This document shows, piece after piece, positions 1 through 12,500 of a stretch of DNA of 64,000 nt (its first letter is position 1; each line of letters starts with the position of its first letter). The position numbers and the translations under genes are program-made. The stretch is from positions 464,201 to 528,200 of the forward strand of contig NC_092679.1 in the NCBI RefSeq assembly GCF_964355755.1, read 5' to 3'. Below the pieces are notes generated by a model. It was given only the letters and a program-made list of their open reading frames with translations. It did no database searches and had not been told where the DNA came from. Source of the stretch: Antedon mediterranea (lineage: Eukaryota; Animalia; Echinodermata).

Positions 1-396
1 GCTTAAAAATGTTTAGTGAGCGACTTAGTTGATAAGAATATACTGTACTTATCAATAGTGTGTGGCTCTCTAATGCCAAATTTGTTAATTGTGCTAACCT
101 TGTTTAATTTGTAATGCTTGTTAATTTATAATGCTTGTTAATTTATAATGCTTGATGCGTATGATTTCTCTATCATCACTACATATTCCTTTTTTAAATG
201 GATTCGTAACTTATCCTTTAAATAAGTGCTTTGCATAATTAAGTAAGTGGAATTTTTTTCCAAAACACCTTATTGACCGTTTTCATATCTTGGTGTTTAA
301 AGTGTGTAGAATTTCCTGTTTGTCAGATTGCTTCCTAATTGCTATTAAACTAATTTTAAAAAAGGATTTAAATTATTTAAATTTTTTTACTTCCAG

Positions 397-1107
397 GTAC
401 ATGCATTTGTGATTAGTGTGTTGCGACGAGAAATGCCATCAGTGTTTGGAAAAGAAGCGAAGAAAGCAGAGTTAATCAAGAACTTGCATCTAACTTACGC
501 TGAAGTAGAACGTGTACATCACATCTCACCTGGGGATTTCCCACCCCTTGAAAGAATGAAGAAAGTGTTGCGGGACCAAGATTTTACACGCTTCAACGCA
601 CTGAAACCGAAGTTGATCGAGAAGCTTGATCACATGTTGTCGCACGAGATGACGAAATTGATGGCGATGATCCCACAAGAAGAGTATGATCTGGGAACCA
701 AAGATTCTAGTCGCCAAGAAATCAAAGGGGGCGTATTTCTCGGTGTTGTTGATGGTCCGTTTAAGAAAGGTGGAGGCGAAGGGGCAGATTTTGGATCTAG
801 TGAGCTGGTCGATTGGGTCGTGGAAGAGATGAAAGATAAGAACAGGCATGTCTTTGAAAGTTTGAATCCTATAGAAGGTAAAGTTTCCGGTGCGACAGCA
901 AAGAAAGAAATGGTGAAATCTAAGCTACCCAATACGGTACTCGGTAGAGTCTGGAAACTTTCAGATGTTGATCGGGATGGACAGCTTGATGAAGATGAAT
1001 TTGCATTGGCAATGTATCTGATCCAGTTGAAATTAGAAGGTACAGATCTACCAATAAATCTACCTACGCATCTCGTTCCACCAGCAAAAAGATCATTCGC
1101 AACTTGA
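397..1107 (+). CDS. EHD1: EH domain-containing protein (EHD1/3-like), terminal exon; gene begins upstream of the window
   Basis: Acceptor ttccag| at 396, then VHAFVISVLRREMPSVFGKE...HISPGDFP... and an EH domain (AKKEMVKSKLPNTVLGRVWKLSDVDRDGQLDEDEFALAMYLI...LPTHLVPPAKR*), matching the EHD C-terminus. Confidence 0.95.
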   Translation, partial: VHAFVISVLRREMPSVFGKEAKKAELIKNLHLTYAEVERVHHISPGDFPPLERMKKVLRDQDFTRFNALKPKLIEKLDHMLSHEMTKLMAMIPQEEYDLGTKDSSRQEIKGGVFLGVVDGPFKKGGGEGADFGSSELVDWVVEEMKDKNRHVFESLNPIEGKVSGATAKKEMVKSKLPNTVLGRVWKLSDVDRDGQLDEDEFALAMYLIQLKLEGTDLPINLPTHLVPPAKRSFAT

Positions 1108-4100
1108 ATATGTAAACTTCATTGTCCATAATAATAATAGTAGTTGGCCCATAATACACACTAGATTTTCAATTTTTATAGTTATTTTCTACAAATTATG
1201 CAATCAAATTAACGATAGCTGTGGTGATGAAGGTTTAATCGTGGCACTATTTCCATGTTTTATTCAGAGCTGAAAACAGAGAGAACCAACACGATTCTGG
1301 TATGCTTTCAAAATATTACACTTTCAAGATAAATTTCTTACTCATTCTATCGGTATTCTAACTTGTGTCAAAACTTGTCAGAAACCCTTCTGCTATCACA
1401 ATAAATATAGTTTAGTGACGTTTAGTAACAACATGGCACAAGTTAGTTTCTCAAACTCACTCTACATACTGTATGCTTCATAATCCTTATTACATTTCTG
1501 AGAAGTTAATTATAAAGTGGTTAGTAAGACTGTATAGTAGTTTAAACTGTTTACCATGTACATAGATATTAAAGTTATATAGTTAATGTATTATGATTTC
1601 TTACATTATATACAACTCAATTATTCTATATTTCCTACTACCACTACTAACACAAAATGACCAAACTAAAGCTCTATAGAAAGTCATTTGATTATGTTTT
1701 ACTGTATTTGGCAAACATTAAACATATAAACACTTATTTCCTGCTTTGAATCTGGCTTGTTAAATTGAAATAATAAATTCATTGCATATTCGTTTGTAAA
1801 GAGAGTGTTCTCAAGTAATAATTACCATAGTCCATTAGAAGAGCACAACCCTTTTACGATTTATGTTCTAAAATTAAGGTGCTTGTTTTTTCCTACATTC
1901 CATACCCCTCTATTTTGTTTACTGCCCCATCCCTTTAATGATAATTGTTTTTAAACACAAACAAATTGTGCAATAAATGAATATGAAAGTATTATTGACA
2001 ATTCTCACAACCAGGAACAGTTGTAAAGCTAAAGGGTAGAAGGAAAAGAAAACTTATGTCAAAGCAAAATGGGAAATTTCCCTTTTGTAAAACAAAGTAA
2101 AGTGATCTTTAGCAATCCAAGACATGAGCTTGTTTTTAATATTAGATAACTAAATGCCATCAGAGAATAGTCACTGATGACTGACATGGTACCATACTAA
2201 ATACTAATAATACCTAAGCCTACTAATGTAAAATATACATGCTGTGTAAAAAGATTGAAACTGCTAGTTTCAGTTGTTATTTGAACCACTTCACTGTTAA
2301 TCCATCTTTTCCTGGATTTCACTTGAATGATCTGCTTTCAAATCCTAATCTATCCTATTTCACAAATCTTTTTACCATATGTTTAAACATCCAACTACCA
2401 AATTGGAGTCAATCTAATGTTCTGAATTCCTATTTATGTTTACACTTTCCAAATACCAAATTGGAGTCAATCTAATGTTCCGAATTCCTATGTATGTTTA
2501 CACTGCCCAACTACTAAATCGGAGTAAATTTAATGTTCCTGCATTGAAATTGTTACATGTAAACTAGTTATTGAAAAGTGTTTAGAATTTAACGCAAAGG
2601 TACAGCTACTGTATTTAGTATTATGAAGTCGAACATGTTAAGTAGTTTAAGCTAAATTTCACCCCAATTTACAGCTGTCTATTTATTGATATTAGGTCAA
2701 TTATATGGATTAGTATTAAGGTGCTTCCAATACAAATTAACTATATATTTTGATCATCATATTTACACTATACTAATACTATATCACTAGTAATAATATT
2801 ATATTTTACAAATGTATTGATATTATTTTATGCCTAAATAGTGTTAGTTCCTACTAGCCCAAATCCAATGCATATGAATTGTTTAATACATTACTGTAAA
2901 TGTTATTATTTCACCAAAAGCTCTTTAAAGTTACATTGGAAAAAAATAACAATTGTATATTATCCAGTGTCTAAAAAAAACACATAATAAAGGAAGCATT
3001 ACGTTGTATGTTAGGACTTTACAAAACTATAAAAGGAAGCTATAAAAAGACATGGTTAGTAGATGGTTAACATCCTGTTTAAGGTCAAACACAACTATTG
3101 CATCATGGGTAAGGTCAAGTTTTCCAAATACAACTATCATTTTAAAAGTACGAATGATGTCAACTAAAATTAAAGAATAATTGTACTGTACTTTTTGATA
3201 AATGAGTCACACATTTTAACGAAAGCTAAAATTTCTTACTAAAAATGAAACCAGAGTTGGGTGTTCAGTTATTTTGTTGTTTCACCTGTTCTTGAAGGCG
3301 AAATTTCTTAAGGTTCTCAAAATGTTGCAACAGAAGAATTATGGGGTTAATGCTTATAAACAAAGTATAATTTAAATGTTGCGTTTGTAAAATACATTTT
3401 TTTAATTGCTTTTTACAAGTTTGTGAAACATTCCGATTGAGAAATGGTATTGAAGTTGTTAGCTACAGCTAGAGTTGAGTACTACTTAAGTTTCGGAAAA
3501 GTGCTAAGATTTGACTCTTATTTATGAGTACAAACTATTAGTAATTAAAACAAGTTTAAAGCAAACATTTGTTATTACTTGAATTGTGCTAAATTAAAAA
3601 CTAAAAAAGGTTGCAACTACAGGTTTTAAACTAAGAGTGTGAAATTAAGATCTTAAGTACGGAACTAAGACTCGTCAGGCTGTGCTCAAACCAACATTCC
3701 ATTTACCAATGTATATATTTTGTAATCATTTCTGGATTTTAAATTTAACAAAATAAATAACAATTTTAAAAACATTTTATTTCTAAAATATTGCGTATTG
3801 TCTATTATTATTATTATTTAAATCGAAATAAAAAAAATGTTATTTGTTTTAAAAAATTAATTGAAATGTTTTTTTTAAATGAGATATCACCCACGCATGC
3901 ACTGCTATCTGCTATGATTGTACAAATGAGATTTTGATGGTAATGAACATCTGGTGAAAGAAACCAAAGATAAAACACACTTTATAATTTAGACAATAAT
4001 ATTTAGATCGTCCAAAACAAAATGTTGATCAAAATGAAACTGAAAATACTATGCTTTTTTTTAGGATGAATGTTTACACTTTATTTAAATAACAAATGTT

Positions 4101-5201
4101 ATTAGAGTTTTAAGTTTGGTTTTTGTTAGAAAGAATTGTTTTACCTATATAATCAAAAGTTTGTTTAAAAGTTTTAAAGATCATAATGCCTGATAGTTAT
4201 TTATTTTGATTATTTTCAAGGCGACAAAAACAAGATATTTACTGTAGTACAGATCGTTACTTCCAAAATTTTAGATTTTAATTGAAAGTGAACACATTAA
4301 ATCAGATGATTAGTTAAATAAATAAACTATTTATCTTGGTCTGGTTTTGCAGTTATCATTGTAATTGTGTTATATTATTGAATCAACTGTGAATAGTTTA
4401 GGGATGAAAATAATTAACCGTTTTATAATAGATGTTTTAAATATCGACAATTTTGTGAGCTTAATGAAAGAGTCAATACTCTCTAATTATTTGTCATTGA
4501 TAACTTCTGTCATTGATAACTCCTGTTATCTGAGGAGCTTATACTTGTTAACCTCACAAATATTGTCTATAATATATATAATGTTTCACTATAGATTATT
4601 ATCTGTGGCACTAAGACATAAGTGTCACTCATTACTATAGATGTTGTGAATCGCTTGCATGTATAATTAGTAGTATTTAAATCTAACTTAGAGTGCTTAT
4701 TTGTTACTCCTTGTTAATTACCAAGTATCAATAAAAGGCAAATCAAGCTGAAATCGGTTACTTTGTTTTGTTTTTATTTATTTTGGCAAATTGCCAAGGA
4801 TAACCTGTTCACAAGACAAACATATACACAAGGTGCTCTACATAATAAATATTTTTTTATCTAGAATCTTTAGTTCTATCAATCCATTTACAGATACTAC
4901 TGTAGGACGGAGAATGACAATGTTGTGAGGTGGTTTTCCGAATGATTGTGAAATCAAAACGGTACTGGCTATGATCAAGGCAATCTAACAACAAGATTCT
5001 GAGCTTCGGATATCAAAGTGTTTATCTGTGGCTGCGACACGATCAGTTCTACGCCCCTTAACAGACACTGCACGCTGCAGCGAATGTGTACAAATCACAG
5101 TACTGTTGGTATTTGTTGTAGCCAGACATAAGATCAAAGGACTGTTACAAGTTCTTATCTTGGCAAGGTGTGCTCAGTGTTCTCTTGTTAGATTGCCTTA
5201 T

Positions 5202-5460
5202 TATGATCAACTAGCCTGTGTCTTGTGAGTATTAAAAGTATGGGTATGTGCTTAGCCTGTGTTCACAGTACCATAATATTATCAAAGTATGATCAACTAG
5301 CCTGTGTCTTGTGAGTATTAAAAGTATGGGTATGTGCTTAGCCTGTGTTCACAGTACCATAATATTATCAAAGTATGATCAACTAGCCTGTGTCTTGTGA
5401 GTATTAAAAGTATGGGTATGTGCTTAGCCTGTGTTCACAGTACCATAATATTATCAAAGT
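5202..5460. repeat. Tandem repeat, 86 bp x3
   Basis: Identical units starting at 5202, 5288 and 5374. Confidence 0.95.
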
Positions 5461-6329
5461 GACCTCATAAATCAAGACAGATTCAGTCTTCTAAGCAATT
5501 TTTTATTGCATCCACTTCAACAAAAACATAAACAAAACTTATATAGTCAAGTCCATATAAGGTAAAAATAAAAATAAATTATTACAATGTATAGCTAATT
5601 GGTGTTTACTGCAACATCATTCTGCAAAGGAATTTGGTAGAACATGTATTATTTTAAGTTTCATTCTGTGGTTTCATTTTCGAGTTGAGTATCTATTTAG
5701 TTTCAAACTAAGTTTCTGCTTTTGAATAATGACAAACTACCTATTATTAATATATAAACACAATAATATACACCCATCAATGTATCCAAATAAATATATC
5801 AGCAACCTTCAATATATTATATATTTATAATCTGTATAGGAATGTACTAGTTCTATTTCATGCTAAAGTGGACTATCTGGATGGACAGACAAACAAGAAG
5901 ACCAAAATGTACTATATACTATCTAGACAAAAAAAACCATTTTACATCTCTACTATATATAGATTATTAAATACAAAATGTTATATAATTTGATTAAAAA
6001 ATGATATCTATGGAATATGGAATTTATAATATATATATATTATTAATTTATAAATAAAATATATATCTTGTAAATACAAAAAACAGTCTGGACGGAAGTA
6101 TGGATTTACTATTCAAATATCATTTGGTTATTAGCGAAGATTGATATTAAAAGCACCTAAAGTGGAACAATCAGTTGAAAGGAATGCCTGTCTGATAGTG
6201 AAGTAGCAAGACGCAGGACCAACGCTTAACACTTCTCATCTAAATGTCATCATCACTAATGATTTTAAAAAGAATGGAAAGGGAATAAAGAGGGCATACA
6301 AAAATCCATGCCACTCTTGACATCCATGT

Positions 6330-6535
6330 CAAAGTTGAAAGGTTAAATATGTCAATCAAGTTGACATAAACAACTCTTGTGATCCATAAGTCAAAGTTGA
6401 AAGGTTAGATATGTCAATCATCAAGTTGACATAATAAGGCCACACCTCTTGTGATCCATAAGTAAAAGTTGAAAGGTTAGATATGTCAATCATCAAGTTG
6501 ACATAATAAGGCCACACCTCTTGTGATCCATAAGT
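6330..6535. repeat. ~71-bp tandem repeat overlapping the dynein stop codon
   Basis: aaagttgaaaggttagatatgtcaatcatcaagttgacat...gatccataagt x2, plus one degenerate copy. Confidence 0.9.
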
Positions 6536-9500
6536 CAGGGTTCTGATAGGTCGGAAGGTCTACAGCTGTGACAAAGTTTGTTGAGAGTCCAGTAGATGAC
6601 AGTGTACCAGCCCGTGCTGATGTCCTGTACACTGGACATTGGTACAAGTACAATCCTTCTAATTTATCGCTCTGCTGTGATATGATAGAACTTATCTACA
6701 ATGGCAAGAAATTCAATTCAAACTTTATTAATCAAAAGTGTAAATAGATTTTTTTTAAATAACTGTTTTCTGACATGATTCAATTTAAATGCTGTTGTCT
6801 TTTTGCAAACTTTCTTTTACAATTCAGTTTTCTTACTGCCATGAACTTATGGTTACTTAAATTATGATACTGAAGTTTTTAAAAAAAAGATACCTTGACA
6901 AACAAAACTGTTAATAATGAAAATTAATGTCTATACCCTCACCTTTTTTGTGAGGGTCTCGGCTGGATGGACAACCTTTGTAAAATATTGTTGAAATTTA
7001 ATAAATTTATAAACTAAATATGTTTCAGTGTACCACTGGGTGGTTCAGAGTTTATACGTGTGCATTTATGCATAAGATTACAAATATTCAGTTGCAATGT
7101 ACTTCCACCTTGTACTATATACTTTAAGACAGTGACTTACCTCTGTTGGTAGAAAGTGTATATACGGCATTGGACTGAAGCGTCTACCAGCTAACGAATC
7201 CTGTAGAACTCCTTTAGCTCTGTTGAAATGCGCGCCATCAAGATAAAGACCAAACACTAATACACCTTCTTCTGGTACGGATATATCCTAAAATTAAAGT
7301 GTTAATGATTTAATTCATCAAATTGCAATAAATAACAACATGTACATGTTTCAAGACAATGATGAAATGGAGTCTAAGGAAACTAGGTTTGTATGATAGA
7401 GACCCCAGATTACTATAAAAAAAATTATTCAAAATAATAGTTAAAGTTTAACAGTATCAATCATAAACAAGAAACTTTCAATCCAAAATAAGTATAGTGT
7501 TTTGTGTTCATACCTTAAAAGCAAGTTCTCTAATATTAGTACCAGAGGTCAACAAACTGTCCTCCTCCTGCTCATCATCATAATCTTGAGACTTGTTCTC
7601 AGACATCACTTGGAAGGTGAAGGTTAGTGAATCCACAGGCAACTGATGTTGTCTTGCATGTCTCTGAAGAATTGCTGTGGTAAATCCTGCAACAGCAAAC
7701 GTCAATGACTTAAGCTCTGTCTACACTATCAAACTTTATGTGATGTGCCCATATATGGACATGATGATGTCATATCACTACCATATTTAAGCATATCACT
7801 ACCATATTTGGATACATCACACTTTTTTTGGTCAAACTAGTTTGATAGTGTAGACAGAACTTTAGGTAAAGGAAAAATGTTTGTAATATAAGATAAGGAA
7901 AGCGAAAATAAACTCTTAAGTTGTGAAAAAAATAAAAGTATTTATTCAAAAAGGTCTCACCTTGAGGAAAAAAGAAAGCCGAAAGCCAGAATGCAGAGGG
8001 GGATGTTCTTTTCGTATTGACATCCAACATTTCTGTTGCTTCAGCAGTTTTCTTACTGCCTTTTCTTTCATCAACAGCTAGTTCTTGCCAACTTGAGAAA
8101 AAGTCAACTCTTTGTTGGAGGTCCAGTAGCCATCCTCCCAATGGTTTACAAGATGCATACGCTGCAACCTGGCAAAAGTAAACATTTAAACAAAATGTTG
8201 TTAATTAATAACTCTTCATTGAATCAAATAGTGAGGTGATAATATTTAATATTTAAATAAATATTCAAATAATATTTAAATACAATCAAATGGTACTCTG
8301 AGAAGGTAATGCTGTGCAATATGAACCTCTATGAACATTTTTTAGGCTTCTTTATGAATTTTATTGTTGTGCTATTTGTTTTTTGTCACTAGTGTATTTT
8401 AACATATTTTAGATTTTTATAATGATATTATGCTTCTTGATTCTTTAAAAATATAATATAAATTGTTTCTATCACAACCAAATTAATTTCCCAGTTTGGG
8501 ATAATAAAGTTTATTGAATTGAATTCTATAATTGAGAAGTATTTGAGATAAATCTAAGGTAGTTATTTTACCTTCCACAATGTAGGAACTTTTTGAGCTA
8601 ATAACGCGTAATACATCTCCTCTAGCTGTTCTGACATGACAACCTCTCCTTTCAGAGCTTGTTGAAGGAACACAGATGACTTGTGTATCACCTTCAGAAG
8701 ATGATCAAAGCGACCCAATTCCTGATGGAGAACCGTGCCAAGAACTGACGAGGTCTCCTTCACTTTTGGTTGAACTAACAAAAAAAAGTTTTAAATCAAT
8801 ATCTCTTTTTAATTTATTTCTCTTTATTCATCTCAACACACAAAAAACAAAACAAAAAAAAGAGTAAAACAAAAGATGAAAGGTACCTCCCCCCAAGGGG
8901 CTTTTGAAAGGAGGTCCACTAAAAACTAGTTACATTAAGATCCACAAGAGGTATGCATATGTAATTGTTACAATGACTACTCAAAAAAGTTATAAGCATT
9001 AAAATACAGTCAACTCTCTCAATGTCTGGTTTTCTGGAAAGTCTGGTATTTGGAATGTCTTTTTAATAGTAAAAATGAATTTGGGACTGTTTGGACTTCA
9101 AAAGAAAAGTCTGCTATTGGGAGAGTTTCCGGTTTTCAGAGTATTGGGAGAGATGACTGTATTAATAATACTGGTTCTTTAACTAACCTTTGGAGTGAGA
9201 TGTAGCCTGTTGTACACTTGCACCCTCATCAATACATGTGACAATGTATGGTAATTTATTCTGAATGTCAACTAAGAGCTGTTTCACCATGCTATCACTG
9301 CTCCTATCAACACTGAGAATTAAGAAAGAAAGTAACTATCATTAATAATATTATAGCAAATATTGTAGCATCAGTAACTTAAGTTCTGTCTACACTATCA
9401 GAATAGTTTGACAAAAAGGTGTGATGTGCCCAAATATGGTCGTGACATGACATCATGTCCATATAATGGGCACATCACATTTTCTTGTCACATAAAGTTT

Positions 9501-12500
9501 GATAGTGTAGACTTTCACTACACTGTCACAATTAGTGAATAGATACAGTAAGTGAACACCTGAATGTGACACATGTACATGACATAACCATCAGGGCAGG
9601 AGCATTGAAAGTGTAACATTTAGTTTACATAGTGCATTAAAGACATTACATCTTGAAATTAAGAGTCACATCTTACCCAGCAATTGTACTGTGCCACCTC
9701 GGTTGAACACTAGAAATGATACTAATCAGTTTGCTGCCCTCCCTCTCTTGGAAGGCATTTTGTGCATTAGTATGCATACCAAAAATATCAGGAGAGTCAA
9801 TATCAGGGAGGTTTGCTATATATGTTTGTGTATCTTGCAGACTATACTGTATTGGTACTGGGTGATACATCTGAATTAAAAGAAAATAAATCCTTATAAT
9901 TGTTACACTCATGCTACATGTTATCTACATAGTGAGGCATAAATTGGTATAATCTTTACACTCATGCTACATGTTATCTACATAGTGAGGCATAAATTGG
10001 TATAATCGTTACACTCATGCTACATGTTATCTACATAGTGAGGCATAAATTGGTATTTTTGTGGCTTTAGCTCTGTCTACACTATCAAAATTTATGCAAC
10101 ACAAAAATATGATTTCATTTGTTTTTTTATAAAACGTTGTTTAATTAGGGTGCATGAGGCCTTCAACACTCATATCATACCATATTTGGGCACATCACAC
10201 TTTTTTTGACAAAAAAATTTAATAGTGTAGACAGAGCCTTAGATGAAAGTTGAATTTTATTTACTTTGCTATCAGAGGAGTAGAAGTAGTCTGGCTCAAG
10301 AGCTTCCTGGCAGAAGTACTTTTTGAGAATGCTTCCTAAACACCTTCTATCCCAGTTGTCTGTGACCCTTCCTCCATAACCAACCTCTCCGATCTGATAC
10401 TCCAACGCTGGCCAAGGAATGTCTCCCTCTCTTGATAACAACATTTGCAGAACTTGGATAGAAACCTGAAAACAATGATGGTTAACATGTTCAATTCAAA
10501 TAACTTCATTATCCTGTATAAAAGATTTCCTTTGATGACTAGCTCAGAAAGTGGATTCGTTTCATATTATTGTAATTTCTCTCGGAGTGGAGTTGTGTCT
10601 TGGTGGTTATGATGGTTTGCTACCAATCCAATGGTCCTGGGTTCAAGTCCTGTCATGTCTAATGATAAATTACAACTCCACTCCCAAAGACTTATAATAA
10701 GACTTTGTTTATGTAGAGCATCTTGTGTATGTTTGCCTTGTGAACAGGATTACCACCTTTAAAGAATAGTGAATGAATTCGCTTATGGTTATCCTTGGCA
10801 ATTGGCCTAAATATATAAACAAAACGAACAATTTAATATTTATATTTTTATTATTATTATTTTGTAAGCAATTCAGTGATGTAATGAAAGTATTTTGCTG
10901 TTGCATGTAAAAATGGAAATTGATCACTTACATGCAAGTCAGATAAAGTAAACTCATAAGGAATATTCCAACCAAGAGTGCCATACTTCTTCCTTTCATG
11001 AACAACAGCATTAAAGAAGCATAAACCAAAGAGGAGATTCTTCCAGTTTTTGTTTGAGCTACCAGTCTCCCAAAGAGTCTCATTCAAACTGGTGGTGAGG
11101 GATCGTTGAAGGTTGCCTTTCAAACCATGTGGAGACTCCACTGTCATCTAAAAGATTAATTATGTAGAAGTTTAAATTAGTGACTTTAGTGTAGTCACAG
11201 ACACAGACTATACAACCAGAGAGCTTGAGATCATTATGCGTCAGATGACACCTGAGAGCGTGAGTATTGGTTAGGTAGGCTTATTGGATGTATAAGTATA
11301 AGTTTATTGGATGTATAAGTATAAGTTTATTGGATGTTATGTAAAAATAAAAATACTCCTTGCATTTAAGTTTAATTAAATAACTTAATTAAATTCACCT
11401 TTGTACCAAGTTGTAGGATTGGAAGAGGAAAAGATGAGTCTGGCTTGGAACTGAGCCAAAGACGGAATTGTGGATCAAGATCGGCATGTGGTTTGTTAAA
11501 TCTGAAAGAGAAATACAACTAAAATTAAATATGAATATAAGTAAATACATGATGTATTTATGTGAAAGGTGGCGCAGAGTGATAAAGAGAAGACGCTTGA
11601 CATGGTATGGACACTTTTATTGTCTAGATTCTGAAAACCAAGCGCAATGAGCTCTATCCGAATAAATGAGAAAAGTCAAGAGACCAAGAGGATGACCCAA
11701 AACCACATCGATAAAAATTATAGAAAATGATACGAAAAAAAAAAGTCTATGTACACGCTGCCCAATCACTGTGATTGGAAAAATGCGCCATGTCGCAAGC
11801 TGTACAGCCTTTATGATGATGATGAAAGATGAAGAAGTGAAAAATGCGCTATGTCGCAAGCTGTACAGCCTTTATGATGATGATGAAAGATGAAGAAGTG
11901 AAAAGTGCGCTATGTCGCAAGCTGTACAGCCTTTATGATGATGATGAAAGATGAAGAAGTGAAAAATGCGCTATGTCGCAAGCTGTACAGCCTTTATGAT
12001 GATGATGAAAGATGAAGAAGTGAAAAGTGCGCTATGTCGCAAGCTGTACAGCCTTTATGATGATGATGATGAAAGATGAAGAAGTGAAAAATGCGCTATG
12101 TCGCAAGCTGTACAGCCTTTATGATGATGATGATGAAAGATGAAGAAGTGAAAAATGCGCTATGTCGCAAGCTGTACAGCCTTTATGATGATGATGATGA
12201 AAGATGAAGAAGTGAAAAATGCGCTATGTCGCAAGCTGTACAAGCTGATGAATGAAAGATGAAGAAGTGAAAAGAAAAAGCTTAAGAAAAAGACTGAGTC
12301 ATAGACGTTATAAAATAAAGGAAGTCCCTTACCCTTCAACAATTGCCTGAAGTCTTGGCATGAAGGAGGCAGCAAGATGGCAGTTCTGCAGAAACACCCA
12401 ACGACCTTTCAGAATCTGTGCTTTGGCAATTAGTTCCTCTGCTTTGGGTCCTTGGCCTCGACCAAGTGAGATCATATCCAAGTGTAATGTGCTTCCACGT

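Noticed and set aside
526-932. Antisense ORFs over the EHD exon, and similar short ORFs opposite dynein exons
   Set aside because: Shadow frames of real exons.
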